Source: Candidatus Epulonipiscium sp. (GTDB lineage: Bacteria > Bacillota > Clostridia > Lachnospirales > Defluviitaleaceae). Taken from it: a DNA stretch of 64,000 nucleotides. Under the pieces are notes generated by a model, which saw only the letters and a list, made by a program, of their open reading frames with translations, made no database searches and had not been told where the DNA came from. Below, one piece after another: positions 1 to 10,396 of the stretch. Made by a program: the position numbers and the translations under genes. The first letter of the stretch is position 1. Every line of letters starts with the position of its first letter. The DNA is taken from NCBI GenBank assembly GCA_012519205.1, contig JAAYQR010000028.1, positions 4,411-68,410 on the forward strand, in the 5' to 3' direction.

Positions 1-334
1 CAAACACTTGTCCAAAGGCCCTAACATCTATCCATTCCTTGCATGCTGCCTCATATAATTTATCCTTATCTTTAAGAACATCTTTAGGTAGAGTCTTTTC
101 AGCTCGCTCTTTTAAACTTTTATACCCATCCATTTTATTATCATCTGATTGAACGAATACCCTTTTCCCATTTTGCATTAGCCTATTTCTTATTTTACGC
201 TTAATGCATACATCCGATATTTCACCTATACCGTCATAATTAATGCGTGGCCTGTTTCCATTTAAGGGATCACCATTGGGGTTTGCATTTTTCACACTAA
301 GAACCACTAAGAAATCATACTTATTATTTAACAT
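1..334 (-). CDS. cas7: Type I-C CRISPR backbone protein Cas7/Csd2 (5' part only, runs off the window)
   Basis: Manual translation from ATG at 334 after an AGGAGG RBS: MLNNKYDFLVVLSVKNANPNGDPLNGNRPR...EISDVCIKRKIRN...WIDVRAFGQVF, the Csd2 signature. Overlaps the cas8c stop. Confidence 0.93.
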   Translation of the reverse strand, partial: MLNNKYDFLVVLSVKNANPNGDPLNGNRPRINYDGIGEISDVCIKRKIRNRLMQNGKRVFVQSDDNKMDGYKSLKERAEKTLPKDVLKDKDKLYEAACKEWIDVRAFGQVF

Positions 335-2130
335 TTTACTTCCTCCTTTTTTCTTAATGCTGCACGTTGGCAGTGATAACCTAATAAAAATTCACCGGAT
401 AATGCTGTATCTTTTATGAAGTCTTCCGGTTCAAATAAATTCATTATTTCATCAATTAAGCTCTCCCTACTTTTACCTTTTCCTTTTAGTCTTGTGAAAG
501 ATGGTTTTAGCGCTAATTCGATTGCTTTCCATGTTGAAAATGGATACTGGGAAAACCTCTGCATTAATCTATCTGCATTTGTTAGTCGATTTTCATCATT
601 TGTATCCAATGCCCATCTTTCAACATTTTGAGCTATGGCTAATAGTCTGCCATATAGATAATCTCTACTTCGTCTTTCCTTATCCAGTGCCATACTTATT
701 TCCTCCTTCTTATAATCATAGCAATACTTTTTATATAATGCACAAGTGATACTAAGAGATTTGTCAAAATTCCATTGTTTTTCAAATGCAACCCTATTTA
801 CTGTTCTTCTAACGGAATTCTGAACTAAATCTAAAGGTATCTTTTGTCCATCCGTGATACAAGTTAAAATTCTATCTATCACCTGCATTTTAACTTTTGT
901 ATTAACTTGCTTTCCCTCGCCAAAAATTGTATTTGCGATATCCATAGGGGCCGGAGCTCCAACGAATACATGAGGTTTTTTATAATGATGAATCCAATTG
1001 CAGGTTGTATGCCACTTTTCTAATTTGTCGATAAAATCTTCGGGATTCATTTCCTGATAATATGTAATGGATAATCTTCCATCGGTAACTGATTCGAGAC
1101 TCATTAATACAACGTGATCAAGTTCATCTAGTTTTGAATTGTATCCACGTAATTTCATATTAATTTTATTGGCAACTTCTTCCCCTGTATAAGTAACTGC
1201 ATTTTCACTTCCTTGATCTTCCCCACTTAGTAAATCAAAAGTATCATAAAAAATATTAGCAATTTCTACCTTAGATGTTCTCCAGCAAATAATCGTTTTT
1301 TTACCATTATTATATCCTTGCTTTGATATTAGCCACTTCACGGCATTATGGGCCTTTTGAGAAACTTCGTAACTTACCCCATAACTTTGAGTGGAATTTA
1401 GAAATCTTCCTCTGTAAGTAAATCCGTTAGAATCATTAGAACTTATTATTTTTGCATTAGCACACTTATTATATATGTTTTTAGGATGATTTATAGCAGT
1501 GGGTAAATGCTTGCCTAATACTTGGCAAAAGCCTTTTGATGTCAATGAAGAACTATAATATTTTTCCCAACTCTTAAAAAGACTAATATCCCTCCATACA
1601 CGACTTTCTTTTATATCTATTTGTTCAACACACCATCTTATAAAATCATCATTATTTTCCACATTCCCTTTATCATCCAAGGTATATACCTTTGCATTTA
1701 TCAAGTTTTCTATAAGAGTTCCTTTTTTTACATATTCATAAATGGCTTTTACCTTCCCATGGGTATCATTGGATACTGCCCATTGATATAAGTTTTTGCA
1801 GTAATCTTCATATCCATGCCATTTTTCGCCTCCATATTTCTTATAATCCCCAGCTAGATATTGTACCTTATCACATAATGGATGTGGAACTGGATATTTA
1901 CCTGCTCTACCACCTGATTCTTCTGTGCAAGGTATAATTATGCTAGGGCTATCCTTATCTAAGATATGGGCTCTTAAAAAATTACCCTTTCCATCAATAA
2001 CCACTTCAATCTGCGCCTGTACAATAGTATGATATATGGGCAGTAGAGGAGTTGTATCTTCACTTTCTATAACTCCTACTTGTGAAATATTATTTTCATA
2101 TGTATCATAAAGTCTTTGAATCCAACTCAT
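328..2130 (-). CDS. cas8c: Type I-C large subunit Cas8c/Csd1
   Basis: MSWIQRLYDTY N-terminus, PHPLCDK, SSND..FTYRGRF, RDYLYGRLLA, LSGEFLLGYHCQ. Likely start is 2130 rather than 2145. Confidence 0.93.
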   Translation of the reverse strand: MSWIQRLYDTYENNISQVGVIESEDTTPLLPIYHTIVQAQIEVVIDGKGNFLRAHILDKDSPSIIIPCTEESGGRAGKYPVPHPLCDKVQYLAGDYKKYGGEKWHGYEDYCKNLYQWAVSNDTHGKVKAIYEYVKKGTLIENLINAKVYTLDDKGNVENNDDFIRWCVEQIDIKESRVWRDISLFKSWEKYYSSSLTSKGFCQVLGKHLPTAINHPKNIYNKCANAKIISSNDSNGFTYRGRFLNSTQSYGVSYEVSQKAHNAVKWLISKQGYNNGKKTIICWRTSKVEIANIFYDTFDLLSGEDQGSENAVTYTGEEVANKINMKLRGYNSKLDELDHVVLMSLESVTDGRLSITYYQEMNPEDFIDKLEKWHTTCNWIHHYKKPHVFVGAPAPMDIANTIFGEGKQVNTKVKMQVIDRILTCITDGQKIPLDLVQNSVRRTVNRVAFEKQWNFDKSLSITCALYKKYCYDYKKEEISMALDKERRSRDYLYGRLLAIAQNVERWALDTNDENRLTNADRLMQRFSQYPFSTWKAIELALKPSFTRLKGKGKSRESLIDEIMNLFEPEDFIKDTALSGEFLLGYHCQRAALRKKEEVKC

Positions 2131-2839
2131 ACCCCGCCTCCTCATACCCTTCTAGTAGCCTTGGCTCACTTATTCCGACTGTACTAATCTGCTCAAAATC
2201 CATTTCTTTAATAATCTTTGGTGTAGTATCTACGAAATCCATTGAAAACATAATAACACCATCTTTCATTATCGGTTTCCAAAAATATGCCTTTAAATTG
2301 TTTTCTCCGGATTCACTTGGGTAATCAAATTTATAAAACATTCTGTCAAACCGTAGTTCTCCATAATTATCATAAAACCCCTTCTTCGCGCCATATACTA
2401 CAGGTTCTACATATGCCTGACATTCTCTTGTTCCAAGAAAAACATCTCGTCTGCCTCCTTTTTCAATCATTCTCTTCGCTACAAAGAAATGTTTATTTTC
2501 ATTCCTATCTACTTCTAAATCCGTTCTATTAAGATTCCATTCAAAATGGGCTCTTACTTCGTATTCAACATCGCTTAAGTATGTATAATATGAAAGGGTA
2601 TTTCCTCCATTGTAATTAATGGGTCTAATACCTTGGCTCTGGGTTCTGATAGGATTCATTACCCGAATCTCATCAATAATCCAGTGAAATGTCGGTTTCC
2701 AATATATGCTTTCACATATTCCCTTTAATGCTTGATAAGTCGGAATTTGATATGTGAACTTTTCTCCCCCAACACGGGTTATGGAATCAGTAAAAAGAGC
2801 GTACCTTCCATAAATTTTAAACTCAACTTGATTTCTCAT
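2105..2839 (-). CDS. cas5: Type I-C Cas5c (Cas5d), crRNA-processing subunit
   Basis: GRYALFTD..TRVGGEKFTYQIPTYQALKGI, IYWKP and FLGTRECQ motifs. Confidence 0.95.
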   Translation of the reverse strand: MRNQVEFKIYGRYALFTDSITRVGGEKFTYQIPTYQALKGICESIYWKPTFHWIIDEIRVMNPIRTQSQGIRPINYNGGNTLSYYTYLSDVEYEVRAHFEWNLNRTDLEVDRNENKHFFVAKRMIEKGGRRDVFLGTRECQAYVEPVVYGAKKGFYDNYGELRFDRMFYKFDYPSESGENNLKAYFWKPIMKDGVIMFSMDFVDTTPKIIKEMDFEQISTVGISEPRLLEGYEEAGYELDSKTL

Positions 2840-2848
2840 AATCTCCTC

Positions 2849-5293
2849 CTATAAAATTGTGGCTTCTACAGCTTTTGATTCCATTAGTAAACCATAAGCA
2901 TCATCATAATAGGCCTCTGATAAATAATAGATTCCTGAATTCTTTTGAGTTTCATATATGGCTTCCATTTTACATAGGGCCTCAATTTGATAATGAAATA
3001 AATTAACCGAATGTCTTTGAGCTAACTTAAGATATGCGTACCCCTGTTCTAGGTAATACATGGCACATAAACCTGATATTATTTCTTTACTTTCATTGTT
3101 ATATGGAACAATAATGCCTTGGGTATATGTATCGATGGCTCTATAATTTTTAGCTGCTGTATCAAAAGCCTGTGTAAGGGTAATATGGGTGGCTTGTTTT
3201 CTATACTTAGCTGCCTCTATAGACTTTTCATTTATTGATAATAAGTTAAATATGTTATCTTGAACTCCCTCCTTCAATTTCACCAAATAAGGCATTCCCT
3301 CTTTTCTTTTGAAAAAGTAATACTCATAATATTTTTCTAAAGCTTTAGGACTAAGTAAATCATTATCAAACCTATCCGGTAAAACTCTATATTCTTCTAG
3401 AATCCGCTCCGTTACTTCTTTTCCCTTTAGAATATCCGTTAATCGAGATAACTTTTCATCTTTTGGATTAACTATGTAGACTTTTCCCTTATCTTTCATG
3501 AAACCATTTCTATTGCATCGACCTGCAGCCTGGACTATGGAATCTAACCCTGCCAAGTATCGAATAACTACATCAAAATCTATATTTATCCCCGCTTCCA
3601 TTAATTGTGTACTTACACAAATGATTGGTTCTGCCGTCCCATCCCTTGCCCGTTTAAGTTTATCAATCATTTCATTCAAACGCTCCATACGGTGAATAGG
3701 GCACATGCTTGTACTTAAATGATATACATTTTTAGAGTATTTATTTAATATTTTAGTGACTTTCATAGCAGAATTCTTTGTATTAACAATTATTAAAACA
3801 CTTTTTCCTTCTTTTACTTTATTTAAAACAAATTCTACTATTTCTTCGTTCTCCCATCCTCCAGTTTTTGTAAGATCTTCTGTAATAGTTCTTGAAAATT
3901 CTTTGTATAAGTTATTTGTGTTTTTAATGATTCTGTTCTTACTGTGGATATTTAATGCATAGGATTTAGGCTCAATTCTATCTAGAAGTGGTTGAGTGGC
4001 TGTACATAATACTATGGATGAGTGACATATTTCTTTTAGAAACTGCATGGCCATATTGAATAAATAAATAAATTTTACTCCTAATGTTTGTATTTCATCA
4101 AAAATTATTATGGAATTAGCCAATTGATGCATTCTTCTAACACTTCTTGTCCCTCCTGCAAATAACGTATCTAATAATTGCACCATAGAAGTAAAAATAA
4201 TGGGAGCATCCCAATTCTCTGATAATAATTTTGTTGTAGGCGTTTCTTCATCCTCAGTCAAGTTAGAGTGATGTTCTAAAACAACAGTTCCAAATTCCTC
4301 ATTAGTTTCTAAGATATCTCTAATTTCTTGAGCATTTTGATCAATAATCGTATTAAAGGGCACCACATATATAATTCTATCCATTTTATTTTCTTTGGCA
4401 TGGTGAAGTGCAAATCGCAGACTAGATAAGGTCTTTCCTCCACCTGTTGGAACTGTAAGTTGAAAAATATCATTATTAGCTTTCGCCGCAATTTTACAAC
4501 TATTAGATATCTCTGTTCTTAAACTATCTATCTTATTACGAATCTGAAATTTAGAAATATAATTTTCTAATCTTTCTATTAGAGTTGTCCAATCTATATA
4601 TTCACTATTTAAACGTCTCGTCTTCCCCATTGGCATTTGAAAGTCTGCGGTATCTTGCCTATCTGCATCTATCAAACAACTAAATAAATACTTTATAAGT
4701 AGACCAAACATATAAAAAGTTGTTTTATCGTCTTTAAATTTCTTTATACGGTCAAGATTATTCTTAAGCGGTGTAACTAAATCTTCATTAGTTAATTTAT
4801 CAATTAGAGATTTTAATTCATCATCCAAATTATTTACTGCCTCTATTAATCTCTCAATTGTTTCAGCCTTCTGCATTTTTTCATGTAGTAAGTTATTCCC
4901 ATCAGGAGTTAGACAGTCAATCAATCCCCCATGATGTGATTTAATTATTAATGATATAATGGACCTAATCCTTTCATCTATTTTTTCCAATTGATATATG
5001 TATTGTGCTCCTATTGATGAGTGATCTACTTTTCCCTTCCATTGGATGGGCTCCATATAATTTTTATCACCCTTATCTAATAATGCAGTTTGTGATTTTA
5101 TATATGAATTAAATAATTCTGTTTGTTTCCCTAAATCATGTAGTAGCCCTATTAATTCCCCCCATGATTTCATGCCAACTTTATTAGCATATTTCCCAGC
5201 TAGACGAGATGTTTCAATTAAGTGCTCTTTTACAGTCTGAATCACATCATCTTCTTTCCTATAATGCGCAATAAATATTTCATTTGAACTCAC
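2849..5293 (-). CDS. cas3: Cas3 HD nuclease-helicase
   Basis: HD domain (LLHDLGK, DHS, HHGGL, LIDADRQD), Walker A VPTGGGKT, DEIQ, TATQP, QAAGRCNR. Confidence 0.96.
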   Translation of the reverse strand: MSSNEIFIAHYRKEDDVIQTVKEHLIETSRLAGKYANKVGMKSWGELIGLLHDLGKQTELFNSYIKSQTALLDKGDKNYMEPIQWKGKVDHSSIGAQYIYQLEKIDERIRSIISLIIKSHHGGLIDCLTPDGNNLLHEKMQKAETIERLIEAVNNLDDELKSLIDKLTNEDLVTPLKNNLDRIKKFKDDKTTFYMFGLLIKYLFSCLIDADRQDTADFQMPMGKTRRLNSEYIDWTTLIERLENYISKFQIRNKIDSLRTEISNSCKIAAKANNDIFQLTVPTGGGKTLSSLRFALHHAKENKMDRIIYVVPFNTIIDQNAQEIRDILETNEEFGTVVLEHHSNLTEDEETPTTKLLSENWDAPIIFTSMVQLLDTLFAGGTRSVRRMHQLANSIIIFDEIQTLGVKFIYLFNMAMQFLKEICHSSIVLCTATQPLLDRIEPKSYALNIHSKNRIIKNTNNLYKEFSRTITEDLTKTGGWENEEIVEFVLNKVKEGKSVLIIVNTKNSAMKVTKILNKYSKNVYHLSTSMCPIHRMERLNEMIDKLKRARDGTAEPIICVSTQLMEAGINIDFDVVIRYLAGLDSIVQAAGRCNRNGFMKDKGKVYIVNPKDEKLSRLTDILKGKEVTERILEEYRVLPDRFDNDLLSPKALEKYYEYYFFKRKEGMPYLVKLKEGVQDNIFNLLSINEKSIEAAKYRKQATHITLTQAFDTAAKNYRAIDTYTQGIIVPYNNESKEIISGLCAMYYLEQGYAYLKLAQRHSVNLFHYQIEALCKMEAIYETQKNSGIYYLSEAYYDDAYGLLMESKAVEATIL

Positions 5294-5456
5294 TATGAAT
5301 ACGCCTCCCTCCTTAATATTCTACATTTTTTTATACAAAAAAACAATATAATTTCAAAAAAAAGTGAAAAACAGTCAATAATATAAAAACGTGCATAAAC
5401 AACCAATTTGTATCAGTAGCTTATACACGTTTACTATTAAGTCCTAATAAAAATTA

Positions 5457-5888
5457 TTAAACTCTATCCATATACTCCCCATAACCTTCTTCTTCCATCT
5501 TATCCTTAGGAATAAATTTCAAAGCAGCGGAATTGATACAATACCTAAGGCCGCCTTTTTCTATGGGTCCATCATTAAATACATGTCCAAGATGGGAGTC
5601 AGAGCCAGAACTTCTTACCTCTGTTCTTATCATATTGTGACTGTAATCTTGCTTTTGCTTTACCAAATTGCTATCAATGGGTTTTGTAAAAGAAGGCCAG
5701 CCGCACCCTGATTCGAATTTTTCCCTAGATGAAAAGAGGGGTTTGCCACTTATGATATCGACATATATCCCATCTTCAAAGTTATCGTTATATTCGTTTT
5801 GAAAAGGCGGTTCGGTCCCATTTTCTTGAGTTACTTTGTACTGGATATCTGTTAACTTTTTCTTTAATTCCTCTTTGCTTTCTGCCAT
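5457..5888 (-). CDS. msrB: Peptide-methionine (R)-S-oxide reductase MsrB
   Basis: [31 protein letters not shown]. Confidence 0.97.
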   Translation of the reverse strand: MAESKEELKKKLTDIQYKVTQENGTEPPFQNEYNDNFEDGIYVDIISGKPLFSSREKFESGCGWPSFTKPIDSNLVKQKQDYSHNMIRTEVRSSGSDSHLGHVFNDGPIEKGGLRYCINSAALKFIPKDKMEEEGYGEYMDRV

Positions 5889-6028
5889 AGATATATCACC
5901 TCAGTTTTATAATGCCCCATTTTGGGAAATTTAGAATATAATTATGCTATAAATTATAAAAAAAAGACAAGCATAGATGCCTGCCCTACAAACTTTGAAC
6001 CTTTTTAATGGTTGGGATTTGTTGTTTA

Positions 6029-7003
6029 TTAGATTATACCGATTTGTTTTCTGATGGTATCTAGAGTTTGTTGAATTTCCAAGGATTCCTTAAGGGGCAT
6101 AATATCACTTTCTAACTTACCTTCCTTAAGGCATCTGATAACTTCTTCTATTTCATAATTATATCCGTTGCCTTCCATGGGCATATGGATTGTTTCTTGA
6201 TCCTTATTGTGTACTTGGATAAAAGCTTTTTCAGCTCTATACCAACCATGGGGGATATGTATATACCCCTTATCACCTATAATAAATATATTTTTGGGGG
6301 TTTCTGTCATTATTGCGCAGCTTAAAAGTGCCATTTCCCCATTTTCGTATCCAAAAATCATGGATGATTGCTCATCTACCCCCGTATGACATATATCTGA
6401 TATGACTTTTATCTCTTTGGGTTGCCTATTATATATCATGGATACAAAAGAAATAGGGTATACCCCTACATCCATTATTGCCCCCCCTGCTAGATTTTTA
6501 TCAAAACGGATATCATCATATCCCGTGCTGGACTTAAATCCAAAATCTCCTTTTATCATTTTAACTTTACCAATGATATCTTCATTGAGTATTTCCCTTA
6601 TCCTTCTAATCAGTGGAAAAAACCTTGTCCACATGGCTTCCATCAGAAATACATTATTTTCTTTGGCTATGCTAATCATTTCTTCTGCATCTTTTTTGCT
6701 CCCTGCAAAGGGTTTTTCGCAGATTACTGCTTTTTTATTTTTGAGGCACAATATTGCATGGTCTTTATGTAGTCCATTAGGAGTCGAAATATAAACGACA
6801 TCAATTTCTTCGTCTTTAGCCAATGCCTCATAATTATCATATCTTTTTTTAATTCCAAAGATATCTCCAAATTCATTAGACTTGGTTATATTTCTTGATG
6901 CGATGCCGATAAGCTCAGCTTCTTTTGCATATTTTATGCCTTCTGCAAACTTCTTGGCAATTCTTCCTGCTCCTATAATTCCGAATTTGATTTTTTTGTA
7001 CAT
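6029..7003 (-). CDS. Gfo/Idh/MocA family NAD(P)-dependent oxidoreductase
   Basis: GIIGAGRIA Rossmann motif, CEKP, EAMWTRF, GGAIMDVGVY. Likely start MYKK at 7003. Confidence 0.9.
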   Translation of the reverse strand: MYKKIKFGIIGAGRIAKKFAEGIKYAKEAELIGIASRNITKSNEFGDIFGIKKRYDNYEALAKDEEIDVVYISTPNGLHKDHAILCLKNKKAVICEKPFAGSKKDAEEMISIAKENNVFLMEAMWTRFFPLIRRIREILNEDIIGKVKMIKGDFGFKSSTGYDDIRFDKNLAGGAIMDVGVYPISFVSMIYNRQPKEIKVISDICHTGVDEQSSMIFGYENGEMALLSCAIMTETPKNIFIIGDKGYIHIPHGWYRAEKAFIQVHNKDQETIHMPMEGNGYNYEIEEVIRCLKEGKLESDIMPLKESLEIQQTLDTIRKQIGII

Positions 7004-7033
7004 ATATTTGCCTCCCGTCATATTTATGAGGAT

Positions 7034-7062
7034 ATTATACTATTGGCATATTTTATATTCAA
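7034..7062 (-). promoter_or_regulatory. Sigma-A-like promoter of the oxidoreductase gene
   Basis: TTGAAT-17 bp-TATAAT on the minus strand. Suggests the Hsp70 operon ends functionally at the TPR gene. Confidence 0.55.
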
Positions 7063-7141
7063 AGTATCCCCCATTCTTAAAATTATATTTGTATTGCAAA
7101 AGGCATCAAAGAATCAGGAGAGTTAGGGTATAGGTTTATTC

Positions 7142-8314
7142 TTACATGGAATCATGTCGATATCTGTGAATCCATCTTTTTACTAATTCTAGCAAAGAGC
7201 CTTGATAATCTTTTTGTTTACCTTGTTCTTTTTGTATACGGGCTTGTTCGAGTTTTGCTCCTTCATATTCATCGTTAATTTTAAGTGCTTCTTGGATTGC
7301 TCTAGATGCATCTTCTAGTTTTTTCTTTTTTCTATATAGTCTTGCTAATCTGACCCAAGCTAAAATATAATTCTTATTTATTTCTATACTTTTTTGGGCA
7401 TAATCTATTGCCAATTCTTCTTTGTTCCAGCTTTCATATAGATTCGAATATTCCAACCAATACTCTTCTTTCCTAAGCTTAGAAGGGATTTGTTCTAGAT
7501 AGTCTTCTGCTAGTTCGTATTGCCTTTTACCTATATATAGCCTTGATAATCTTATATAACTATCATAATCATCACCTTTTTTAATAGACCTTTTATAAGA
7601 CTCCACTGCCTCATTTTCACTGCCTTGATTGTTATACAGTTCTCCGTAGTAAAACCATATTAGTTTAGAATCCTCCATAGCTGCTGCTTCATTAAGATAT
7701 TCTGCTGCTTTTTCATAATCTGTTTTAAGTATATAGAGTTCTGTTAGATTTAAAAGTATAGACAAATTATTAGATTCTTTTTCATTTGCTTTGGTAAGAA
7801 AATAGGCAGCATCATCATACCATCCTAAGTGCATACAAGCAATTCCCATATTATTATAAACCTTGGAGTTTTCATCAAAGACTATGGCTTTTTTATACCA
7901 CTTTATTGCTTCCTCTGGCTTTTTTAAGGACATAAAATAATCGGCTTTTTCCTTACACTTTTCCCACTCTGCTTTATTTTCCCATTTGAAAATTTCTTTT
8001 CTTAGAGTATCTAATTCAGATTCATAAAAATAATCAATAAGATCTAGAAACCCAATATACTGTTCTGTTATGGATTGCTGCCCATCTTTTATCCTTTTTA
8101 TCTGTCCACTTATATGAGATAAACCTAATTCCACTCTTACCCAGTCTTCTAGTTTTCCCATTAAAAAGTCATCAATAGACTGCTTCCAATAATGGTAGCA
8201 GTGATAATACAATTCTTCTATGGAATATACCTTAATTTTAGTCATATAAAAATAGTATGGTCTCTCCACTGTTTCAGGAGAGACGCTAAGTATTAATGAG
8301 GACATCTTATTCAC
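7142..8314 (-). CDS. Tetratricopeptide-repeat protein with a non-TPR N-terminal domain
   Basis: Repeated TPR consensus (EAIKWYKKAI, YNNMGIAC, EAVESYKRSI, AWVRLARLY). N-terminal PYYF..VYSIEELYY domain. GTG start with RBS. Confidence 0.85.
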   Translation of the reverse strand: MNKMSSLILSVSPETVERPYYFYMTKIKVYSIEELYYHCYHYWKQSIDDFLMGKLEDWVRVELGLSHISGQIKRIKDGQQSITEQYIGFLDLIDYFYESELDTLRKEIFKWENKAEWEKCKEKADYFMSLKKPEEAIKWYKKAIVFDENSKVYNNMGIACMHLGWYDDAAYFLTKANEKESNNLSILLNLTELYILKTDYEKAAEYLNEAAAMEDSKLIWFYYGELYNNQGSENEAVESYKRSIKKGDDYDSYIRLSRLYIGKRQYELAEDYLEQIPSKLRKEEYWLEYSNLYESWNKEELAIDYAQKSIEINKNYILAWVRLARLYRKKKKLEDASRAIQEALKINDEYEGAKLEQARIQKEQGKQKDYQGSLLELVKRWIHRYRHDSM

Positions 8315-8317
8315 CTC

Positions 8318-10396
8318 TTATAATCGTACCAATTCTGCAATGTCCATTGCTATATTGTCTAAGATATCTGTAAACTTATCTTGTAAATCATAATATTTTC
8401 CATTAGGCTTTGTTAAAGGATCATAGCTCTCTATGCTTAATTTATCCTTTCTTGCTACAACATAAGTTGTTATACTACTTTCCCTTAGCATAGCACAAAT
8501 CTCAGGAACATATTTCCCATCTTCCGTAGGTACATGGGGTGGGGCATCAGTTATAAGTATAAATATGTTTTTACCACTTTTGTCCACTTTAGAAGTTTTC
8601 AAAAGTTCTATACCTGTACCTACCGCTTCCAAAGAAGATTCGGGTATATCCCCTCCATAGGTTCTTGGAATATTTTTAACTTGTCTTTGGAATTTTTCTA
8701 CTTCATTTGTGAAGTTATAGACACTGGGGTTTTCTTTTTCTCCTAAATCACCAAAACCTATAAGGCCCAATTGGAAACCTATACCTTTTCGACTTAGTAT
8801 ATTTGAAAATTCTATGGCCCTATCCTTAACTCCATTAATATAGGTGTCCATGCTCCCTGTAGTATCTATTATAAATACAATATTCATATTTTCGGCAGAA
8901 GTAGTCGAAAGCTCTCTTTTAGGTGGCGGCATAACCTTGGTCCTATCAAATTCTGCTCTTTCAGTTTTTCCTGTAGATAAATCTTTTACAAATACTTCGA
9001 AAAGATTATTTTCATCTATGGCATAGGTAATTTCTAGCTGGGTAGTACCCTTAAGCCCCGTAAGCATTACACTACCTATATATTTTCTTTCTTCTTCATT
9101 ATCTTGCTCCCATTGATAAACATCAACCTGTACCGAAGAAGCCCCGGACATACTGGCAAAGTTTCTATCAGATATCTTTGCCGGAATAGAACTGCCCATG
9201 GGGATAATGGGAATTAATTCTTTTTTCATGGTATCTACATTTATAACCGCTTCCGTACCAAAAATTTGGCGGGTGATTTGCCCCACCTTTACATTGCTGT
9301 TAGGAAGGTGGATGAGATAATTATAAATCGATGCCCCCATGGCTACACTCTTTGCAGGGTCCGTAGCACGATAGGGTTCCTTAATGTATCCCCCAACCAT
9401 TCTTTTTACCATAGGAATTAGGGTTGAACCCCCAACTAAGATTACCTTTGATATTTCGTCGGGTTCCCTTCCTGCCCTTTTTAGGGCCTCTTGTATAATT
9501 TCACGGCTTCTGTCTATATATTTTCTAATTAAGGCTTCAAATTCTTCCCTTGTTAACTCCATTACTAGATTTTTGGGGACCCCTTCATGAATTATAAGGG
9601 GATGAATCCTTATGGCTACTTTGTTAGTTCCTGAAAGTTTCTTCTTGGCTTGTTCCGCTTCTTGCTTTAGTTTTTGAACCACTCTTTTTCTTTCTACAGT
9701 TTCTAACTTGTCTAGATTAATCCCTGTCTCCTTTAAAAAATTCTCTTTCATCAGGCGTATAAGTTCACTGTCAAAATCATCTCCCCCAAGATTCATATCT
9801 CCGACATCAGATAATTCTTGAAATATTTCCTCCCCATTTTTATCTTGGGATACCTTTAGGACACAAGCATCAAAGGTTCCCCCACCTAAGTCATATACTA
9901 AAAGGGTTTGGGCATACCCCTGCCTATACCCATATTCTATTGCCGCTGCTAGGGGTTCTGATAAAAGATGAACATTCTTAAATCCTGCCATCTCCCCTGC
10001 TTTTTTTGTTGCAAATATCTGTCTGTCGTTAAAATATGCTGGGTGGGTTATGACTACTTCATCAAAATTTTCTCCACTTTGATTTTCTGCTGCTTTTTTT
10101 AACTTTTTTAGTATTTCGGCACTTATTTCTTCCGGGAGTTTTTCTAAGGCTCCTACTTTGATTTTTTCCGATTGTCCCATGAATCTCTTGACAGAAATCA
10201 CGGTGCTTTCTGGATATATGATTGCCCCAGCCTTGGCCTCACTGCCTACTATAATCCCTTCTTCTCCATAGCACACAACAGAGGGAAGGATTTCATCCAC
10301 TCCATCTATCTTTACAATTTCCATTTCATCTGTTTTATCTTTATATATGATTGCTGCCGAATTGGTGGTTCCTAAATCTATTCCTAAATAACTCAT
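8318..10396 (-). CDS. Hsp70-family ATPase fused to a C-terminal vWA domain
   Basis: GIDLGTTNS, SVKRFMG, HPAYF, EPLAAA, DLGGGTFD, LGGDDFD, LVGGST. The C-terminal ~190 aa has VFIIDTTGSM, GGDIPES and LITDAPPH (vWA/MIDAS-like). Confidence 0.9.
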   Translation of the reverse strand: MSYLGIDLGTTNSAAIIYKDKTDEMEIVKIDGVDEILPSVVCYGEEGIIVGSEAKAGAIIYPESTVISVKRFMGQSEKIKVGALEKLPEEISAEILKKLKKAAENQSGENFDEVVITHPAYFNDRQIFATKKAGEMAGFKNVHLLSEPLAAAIEYGYRQGYAQTLLVYDLGGGTFDACVLKVSQDKNGEEIFQELSDVGDMNLGGDDFDSELIRLMKENFLKETGINLDKLETVERKRVVQKLKQEAEQAKKKLSGTNKVAIRIHPLIIHEGVPKNLVMELTREEFEALIRKYIDRSREIIQEALKRAGREPDEISKVILVGGSTLIPMVKRMVGGYIKEPYRATDPAKSVAMGASIYNYLIHLPNSNVKVGQITRQIFGTEAVINVDTMKKELIPIIPMGSSIPAKISDRNFASMSGASSVQVDVYQWEQDNEEERKYIGSVMLTGLKGTTQLEITYAIDENNLFEVFVKDLSTGKTERAEFDRTKVMPPPKRELSTTSAENMNIVFIIDTTGSMDTYINGVKDRAIEFSNILSRKGIGFQLGLIGFGDLGEKENPSVYNFTNEVEKFQRQVKNIPRTYGGDIPESSLEAVGTGIELLKTSKVDKSGKNIFILITDAPPHVPTEDGKYVPEICAMLRESSITTYVVARKDKLSIESYDPLTKPNGKYYDLQDKFTDILDNIAMDIAELVRL

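Noticed and set aside
5294..5456. CRISPR array or leader upstream of cas3
   Set aside because: AT-rich but no regularly spaced direct repeats here or anywhere in the window.
7700..7960. Hop-like carboxylate clamp in the TPR protein binding acidic Hsp70 tails (VDDLY, EGEE)
   Set aside because: Only part of the clamp is present (KEKAD instead of KEKGN; the third-repeat Lys/Arg are absent), and the tails are not EEVD.
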